37,729 bases of DNA from a virus, in the IMG/VR virus record IMGVR_UViG_3300005827_000050, positions 1-37,729 of that record; one strand, written 5' to 3'. The notes below the pieces were generated by a model, which was not told where the DNA came from, searched no databases, and saw only the letters and a list, made by a program, of their open reading frames with translations. Positions 33,236 through 37,729 of this stretch are shown here, piece by piece. Positions within the stretch are counted from its first letter, which is position 1. Every line of letters starts with the position of its first letter. The position numbers and the translations under genes were made by a program.

Positions 33236-34284
33236 ATTTGTTAAAAAAACCAAGCAATCGCCAAGCGTTTGCGAAGATTGGGTTGTACGGTGATGCAGGT
33301 AGCGGTAAAACTACAACAGCATCTAAAATTGCTATTGGTCTCTCTAACTACTCAGGCAAGCGTGTAGCGTTCTTTGATACAGAGGGAGGTTCTGATTACC
33401 TTATCAAAACTTTCGATGATGCAGGGGTGGAGCTATTCGTTTCTGATATTAGCCGAGACTTTAAGTATTTAATGGCGTTTATGGTTGAGTGTGTGCAAGA
33501 GAAAATTGACGTTGTAATCGTTGACTCTATTACGCATATTTGGAAGCAACTCCAAAGCGATTATTTGAATGAGTTGAATGATCGCAACAAGAAAAACGGG
33601 CGACGTGCTAGATATGCGCTTGAGTTTCAGGACTGGCGATTCATTAAAGACACATGGCAGACGTTTACTGATATGTATCTAACAAGTCCGATGCACGTTA
33701 TTATCTGCGGTCGTATGGCTCAAATTTACGATTACCAAGAAAATTCATCCGGCAAAAAAGAGCTTGTTACAAACGGAACAAAGATGAGCACCGAAAAAGA
33801 GTTAGGCTATGAGCCGTCTTTACTTATTGAAATGATGAAAGAGTTTGACAGTGGGAGCAATCGCCTAATCAATAAGGCTATAGTTGAAAAAGACCGAACC
33901 GATACCCTAAACGGTAAAATCTTCTATATGCCAAACTTTGAGACATTCAAGCCTCATTTTGATTTCTTGAATATCGGCGGTAAGCACTTGGATATTCGCC
34001 CGAAAGAGGGAAATACTTTCGGCGGTGAAATCGGTGATGATACTTTCGGTCAAGAGAAACGATCGCGTGAAATTCAATGCGAAGAGATTCAAGGGCTTAT
34101 GTTGAAATACTACCCGTCAAGATCGGCGGAAGATGCGAAAGCAAAAGCGGAACTATTGGAAAAATTCTTTGAAACTCGATCATGGACTAAAGTCGAGAGT
34201 ATGCGTTCGGCACAACTTAAAGAGAAATTTGAGCTTATGAAAGACTATTTCGATACGGAACAGCACATTTCAAAAGCTGAATAG
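33232..34284 (+). CDS. Sak4-like / AAA_24-family RecA-fold ATPase
   Basis: Walker A GLYGDAGSGKTT, then FFDTEGG and a VVIVDSITH Walker B-like motif. 350 aa. Confidence 0.7.
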   Translation: MNLLKKPSNRQAFAKIGLYGDAGSGKTTTASKIAIGLSNYSGKRVAFFDTEGGSDYLIKTFDDAGVELFVSDISRDFKYLMAFMVECVQEKIDVVIVDSITHIWKQLQSDYLNELNDRNKKNGRRARYALEFQDWRFIKDTWQTFTDMYLTSPMHVIICGRMAQIYDYQENSSGKKELVTNGTKMSTEKELGYEPSLLIEMMKEFDSGSNRLINKAIVEKDRTDTLNGKIFYMPNFETFKPHFDFLNIGGKHLDIRPKEGNTFGGEIGDDTFGQEKRSREIQCEEIQGLMLKYYPSRSAEDAKAKAELLEKFFETRSWTKVESMRSAQLKEKFELMKDYFDTEQHISKAE

Positions 34285-34370
34285 TCGTTTACACTATCGG
34301 AAACAGTACGAAAAAAGAGGTTATTAAATCTCTTCAAAAATGGTGAAAATAAAAAAACAAGGGTTCCACA

Positions 34371-34574
34371 ATGACTGAAGTAATACAAGCTCTTATATCC
34401 CTTTTGCAGGGGATTATAGTATGGATATTATCTATAGGTATATTTATCTCGGTGTATTTAAAATCAGAACGTCTTGAACGAGAGGCGATTGACAATGGTT
34501 TTGCGCATTACAACCATAAAACTAGAAAGTTCACATGGAACTCGGTTGCAGATAATGAAAATAACCCTACGTAA
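34371..34574 (+). CDS. small single-TM protein
   Basis: 67 aa with the hydrophobic segment IIVWILSIGIFISVYL. Confidence 0.5.
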   Translation: MTEVIQALISLLQGIIVWILSIGIFISVYLKSERLEREAIDNGFAHYNHKTRKFTWNSVADNENNPT

Positions 34575-34986
34575 GCAATACGGAACGCTATCCCCATACA
34601 GTGAAGCCGACGCGGAACAACTCGCAACGCTATCGGATGCGGTATATGTTATCGACATTAAAAACATGGATAGCCGTACACTTGCCCAAAATAACGCTTT
34701 ACACCTTTGGGCTTCACAAATCGCAACAGTGCTAAATGAAAACAATCTCTATATGACGGGAATTTTCCAAAATGACATCATGTGGACGATGGAATTAGTC
34801 AAAACACAGATCATAAAAGGTTTGATTAAAACACTGTTCAATATCGACAGCACGACAAAGTTAAAACGTAAAGAGTTGGATACGCTGATAGATTATATCA
34901 CGGCGATATTTGGAGAAAAGAAGGGGATTAAAATTCCACCATTCCCGAGCCGAGAGCTTTGGGATGAAATTAAAAAAGAAGGATAA
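34555..34986 (+). CDS. ninB: NinB/Orf-like recombination mediator
   Basis: DSRTLAQNNALHLWASQIA parallels lambda NinB NRSLDQNRKLWACLGDVS. The ATG at 34555 is preferred over the track start. Confidence 0.6.
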   Translation: MKITLRKQYGTLSPYSEADAEQLATLSDAVYVIDIKNMDSRTLAQNNALHLWASQIATVLNENNLYMTGIFQNDIMWTMELVKTQIIKGLIKTLFNIDSTTKLKRKELDTLIDYITAIFGEKKGIKIPPFPSRELWDEIKKEG

Positions 34987-34989
34987 AAA

Positions 34990-35280
34990 ATGAAATACTT
35001 AGTATTAGCATGGGCTAAAGAAAAAGGAATTTTAGATAAAGCCACCAAAGAGGCACAGATGCTAAAAACAGTCGAAGAGGTTGGGGAACTTTCCAATGCT
35101 TTAGGTAAAAATGATATTGAAGAAATTAAAGATGCAATCGGAGATATTACTATTACTTTAATCATTCAAGCAGAATTATGTGGTCTTGATTTTGATGAAT
35201 GTGTAGACTCTGCATATAGAGTGATTGCAAAGCGCACAGGCAATATGATAAACGGAATTTTTGTAAAGGATGCAGAATGA
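34990..35280 (+). CDS. MazG-like nucleotide pyrophosphohydrolase
   Basis: 96 aa. The EEVGELSNAL ... DAIGDITITL layout is typical of the all-alpha MazG family. Confidence 0.7.
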   Translation: MKYLVLAWAKEKGILDKATKEAQMLKTVEEVGELSNALGKNDIEEIKDAIGDITITLIIQAELCGLDFDECVDSAYRVIAKRTGNMINGIFVKDAE

Positions 35281-35311
35281 GCTATAACAAAGTTATTTTG
35301 GTTGCCTCTTT

Positions 35312-35340
35312 TTGACATTACTCAAAAATCATAGTAGAAT
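35312..35340 (+). promoter_or_regulatory. near-consensus sigma70-type promoter (TTGACA, 17-nt spacer, TAGAAT)
   Basis: TTGACA at 35312-35317, 17-nt spacer, TAGAAT at 35335-35340. Lies 30 nt upstream of the AP2-HNH gene start. Confidence 0.55.
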
Positions 35341-35369
35341 GTTTAAATGTTTTGTTAAAAGGATTAAAT

Positions 35370-36029
35370 ATGATGCCTGAGCTTATAAGTATAGTCGGTA
35401 AAAAAAATTACGGAGGTAAAAAAAGAATTTTTGCCAAGTATAAATGCCCATATTGTTTTACTATATATGAAACTTTAAAATTTAATATTCCAAAAAATGG
35501 GAAAACAAATTGCGGGTGTATGACTAACGAATTAAAAAAGCATACTACTCATAACCTTACCAGTACAAAGCTATACAGGGTTTGGTCTTCCATGAAACAG
35601 AGGTGTTTCAATATAAAATGCACTGGTTATGAAAATTATGGCGGGCGCGGAATATCAGTGTGTGAGGAGTGGAAAAATGATTTTATTTCGTTCTATGATT
35701 GGGCAATGCAAAATGGATATAAAGAAGGTTTAACTATAGACCGAAAAAACAATGATGGAAATTATGAACCTAATAATTGCAGGTTTGTTTCAGTCAAAAT
35801 TCAAAATATGAATAAAAGGTACAAAGGAGTTAAAAATTTTATAGGAGTTGAGAAAAAAGACAATAAATTCATTGCGAGTCTTTCTATTAACAATAAAAAG
35901 CATTATATAGGTTCTTTTGATACAGAGCTTGAAGCATCTCTAGCAAGAGATTTATATATTTGCCAAAATAATCTTCAACATAAACAAAATTTCAACTTAA
36001 AGGAAAACGAATGCCACTACCAACAGTAA
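35370..36029 (+). CDS. HNH-type homing endonuclease with C-terminal AP2 DNA-binding domain
   Basis: YRVWSSMKQRCFN...YENYGGRGISVCEEW...LTIDRKNNDGNYEPNNCRF, followed by an AP2-like segment YKGVKNFIGVEKKDNKFIASLSINNKKHYIGSF..ELEASLARD. Confidence 0.8.
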   Translation: MMPELISIVGKKNYGGKKRIFAKYKCPYCFTIYETLKFNIPKNGKTNCGCMTNELKKHTTHNLTSTKLYRVWSSMKQRCFNIKCTGYENYGGRGISVCEEWKNDFISFYDWAMQNGYKEGLTIDRKNNDGNYEPNNCRFVSVKIQNMNKRYKGVKNFIGVEKKDNKFIASLSINNKKHYIGSFDTELEASLARDLYICQNNLQHKQNFNLKENECHYQQ

Positions 36030-36460
36030 CAATTTTCGGAACGATCAACAACATCGAGTTGAAATACTCACAATCAGGAACTCCTATTTGTTCATTCACT
36101 ATTGAGTGTTCAGAAAAGAACCAAAAGGACGAATGGGAAAACTTACAGTTGAGAGGCTCATGTTTTGATAAACAAGCTGAATTTGTCAATCAATGGTTTC
36201 AAAATGGCGCACTGTGTATAGCCACTGGAAAGCTAATTACAGAGGTATACGAAAAAGACGGTAAGAAAAACTACACTACAAAGCTTAAGTTCCCAAAAAT
36301 TGAGTTCCCTCCAAAAGCCAAAGAACCGAAAGACAGCGGAGATAGCAACCAACAAAACACAGGTGTAAACGCTCCGGTAGATTATAAACCCGCACCGGCA
36401 AGAATGCCGGAAAACAATCTTCCAGAGATTGATATTCAGGATGAGTGTATCCCATTTTAA
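36011..36460 (+). CDS. ssb: single-stranded DNA-binding protein
   Basis: OB-fold-like N-terminus (VTIFGTINNIELKYSQSGTPICSFTI), a disordered linker, and an acidic tip DIQDECIPF like the SSB DDDIPF tail. Confidence 0.8.
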   Translation: MPLPTVTIFGTINNIELKYSQSGTPICSFTIECSEKNQKDEWENLQLRGSCFDKQAEFVNQWFQNGALCIATGKLITEVYEKDGKKNYTTKLKFPKIEFPPKAKEPKDSGDSNQQNTGVNAPVDYKPAPARMPENNLPEIDIQDECIPF

Positions 36461-36471
36461 AAGGACAACAA

Positions 36472-36813
36472 ATGAAAGAGCTATTAACAAAAAAAGAAGC
36501 CCATGAGCTTCTTGGTGTAAAAGAGTGTTCAAAGTGCGGTGGTATAAAACCACTTGACCAATTCCACAAACGTACCCGAGTAAAATGCGGTTATCGTGCT
36601 GAATGTAAAGAGTGTAAAAAGATTGCAGATGCAGAACGGTATAACAAAAATAAAAAACCGTTGCACAAAGAGCCTACTCCTATCGCTTATCCTAAGTCAT
36701 TAGTTATGGTTAGCATGGATAGTGAGAGTTGGACGATGCTCGATTATCTTACTGCTGCAATAACTATTTCTTGTGCAGTAGTTGGAATTTACTTTTATAT
36801 TAAGGGGTTTTAA
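36472..36813 (+). CDS. zinc-ribbon protein with C-terminal TM anchor
   Basis: CSKCGGIKPLDQFHKRTRVKCGYRAECKECKKIADAERYNKNKK is the same repeat type as in the HNH protein at 18545..19357. The C-terminal LTAAITISCAVVGIYFYI is hydrophobic. Confidence 0.55.
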   Translation: MKELLTKKEAHELLGVKECSKCGGIKPLDQFHKRTRVKCGYRAECKECKKIADAERYNKNKKPLHKEPTPIAYPKSLVMVSMDSESWTMLDYLTAAITISCAVVGIYFYIKGF

Positions 36814-37095
36814 ATGCCGCATAAACCGATTGATACAATTCAACAATTAAAAGATGAGAACTACAAGCTAACTATTTTAGCTTATGTATTCTTATTCGCT
36901 TTCGGGCTTGTACTTATCCTTGCTATTAAACAGCGTGGAGAGGTTATACAATATCAAAAGGATATTGTTATGGTAGAAAAAGACCGTGCAGATTGGGAAC
37001 ATAAGTGGACTGATTTTAATAAGTCTTATATCCCTGAAACTGCTTTGCCCCGTGTGCCTGAGATTGAAGCAATTTATAATGAGGAGCGAAAATGA
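36814..37095 (+). CDS. single-TM protein
   Basis: 93 aa with the TM segment LTILAYVFLFAFGLVLILAI. Confidence 0.5.
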   Translation: MPHKPIDTIQQLKDENYKLTILAYVFLFAFGLVLILAIKQRGEVIQYQKDIVMVEKDRADWEHKWTDFNKSYIPETALPRVPEIEAIYNEERK

Positions 37096-37520
37096 GTAAA
37101 GAAGATTTATATGCAAAAATAGGAAGCGGTAGTGCCAATACAGTGTCTTTTAGCGATGCAATAAAAAATGTACTTGATAAGTTCTTTGAATCAAACGTAT
37201 GTATTCCTAAAGGTAATGGCAGACATATCCATGCTGACGTAATGCATGCTTTTGTAGAGGGCGTTAAAATACAGTTCAAAGAGAAACATGAACATGATTT
37301 TAGAGATACATCATATCCTGCTTGGGATATTAATTCAGAATATCGGGTCAAACCATCTGAACCAATATATGAATGGCAGTGCATATATAAACCCTCTGCT
37401 GAAACAGAATACCGTCTAACTTCATTTATGTCGCAAGGTGAAATTATGGAATGGAAAAGTAAGCACGGTAGCGTATGGAACATATGCTATCTTGAAGAAA
37501 CAAAAAGGATTCGATCATGA
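37092..37520 (+). CDS. hypothetical protein
   Basis: 142-aa ORF, ATGA-coupled at both ends. Confidence 0.55.
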   Translation: MSKEDLYAKIGSGSANTVSFSDAIKNVLDKFFESNVCIPKGNGRHIHADVMHAFVEGVKIQFKEKHEHDFRDTSYPAWDINSEYRVKPSEPIYEWQCIYKPSAETEYRLTSFMSQGEIMEWKSKHGSVWNICYLEETKRIRS

Positions 37521-37660
37521 CCAACAAATTAGCACTCGCACTAATCGAGTTTTGTAAAAAAGATAATCCGCCATCGGGAGAGTTAGCTAAAAAGTACTGT
37601 ATCAGTAAAGCGGATATTTGGGCTGCCTTTGCTCGAGTTGTTGCAAAGGATCCGAGATGA
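37517..37660 (+). CDS. hypothetical 47-aa protein spanning the repeat boundary
   Basis: Hand translation: MTNKLALALIEFCKKDNPPSGELAKKYCISKADIWAAFARVVAKDPR. ATGA-coupled to both neighbours. Confidence 0.45.
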   Translation: MTNKLALALIEFCKKDNPPSGELAKKYCISKADIWAAFARVVAKDPR

Positions 37661-37729
37661 GCTTAGTTAAACAAATCCAATCCGAACGTGTATATGATTA
37701 CGGAGATGCAAAAGTATCACATCAGTCTA
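37610..37729. repeat. Terminal direct repeat, copy 2 (identical to 1..120)
   Basis: Base-by-base identity with the window start. Confidence 0.95.

Larger units (their letters stand above)
35312..36029 (+). mobile_element. free-standing homing-endonuclease-like cassette (own promoter plus AP2-HNH gene)
   Basis: Self-contained promoter plus endonuclease gene wedged between the MazG-like and SSB genes. Confidence 0.4.

Noticed and set aside
36233-37483. Minus-strand ORFs 36233..36553, 36285..36569, 36892..37116 and 37016..37483
   Set aside because: They are antisense to a tightly coupled plus-strand gene array (SSB, zinc-ribbon, TM proteins), with no RBS or coupling.

Overview
The window looks like one complete dsDNA tailed-phage genome. 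The first 120 nt (1..120) are identical to the last 120 nt (37610..37729), so the unique length is 37,609 bp and the contig closes on itself. The sequence is AT-rich by eye. The virion looks siphovirus-like: there is a tape measure gene, a G/G-T chaperone pair with a slippery site, and no sheath gene. The host is probably Gram-negative, because an i-spanin/o-spanin pair is present.

There are three transcription blocks:
- A leftward late block (22926 down to 2151): small and large terminase, portal, an HNH insertion, MuF-like protein, scaffold, capsid, connectors, tail tube, chaperones, tape measure, tail tip and fibre, and a lysis cassette.
- A leftward early/middle block (31894 down to 23308): small HTH proteins, a replication initiator with internal iterons, a split DnaB-like helicase, many ATGA-coupled micro-genes, a Ref/DUF968-like protein, RusA, and a ParB-like / PAPS-reductase-like (IbrB/IbrA-type) / zinc-ribbon operon.
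- A rightward early block (32587 through the contig junction to about 2006): Sak4-like ATPase, NinB-like protein, MazG-like protein, an AP2-HNH cassette, SSB, a DUF6378-like protein, a DUF2829 (Tad2-like) protein, and HTH and zinc-finger proteins.

I found no integrase, repressor or CRISPR array.

The most interesting signals are:
1. A roughly 680-nt ORF-free divergent control region with three long-range helices immediately upstream of a tRNA-Trp(CCA). This is a candidate large structured phage RNA.
2. The IbrB/IbrA-like operon, which has an extra C-terminal domain and a small FCS-type zinc-ribbon gene. It is a candidate DNA or nucleotide modification module.
3. A strand-inverted second PAPS-reductase-family moron inside the tail module. 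Its leader contains interleaved 10-bp helices that sequester the Shine-Dalgarno sequence.
4. An HNH cassette that appears to have displaced a still-recognisable duplicate of the portal C-terminus.
5. Three 22-bp-phased palindromic iterons inside the replication initiator gene.

All functional calls come from motif recognition by eye. No searches or RNA folding programs were run.
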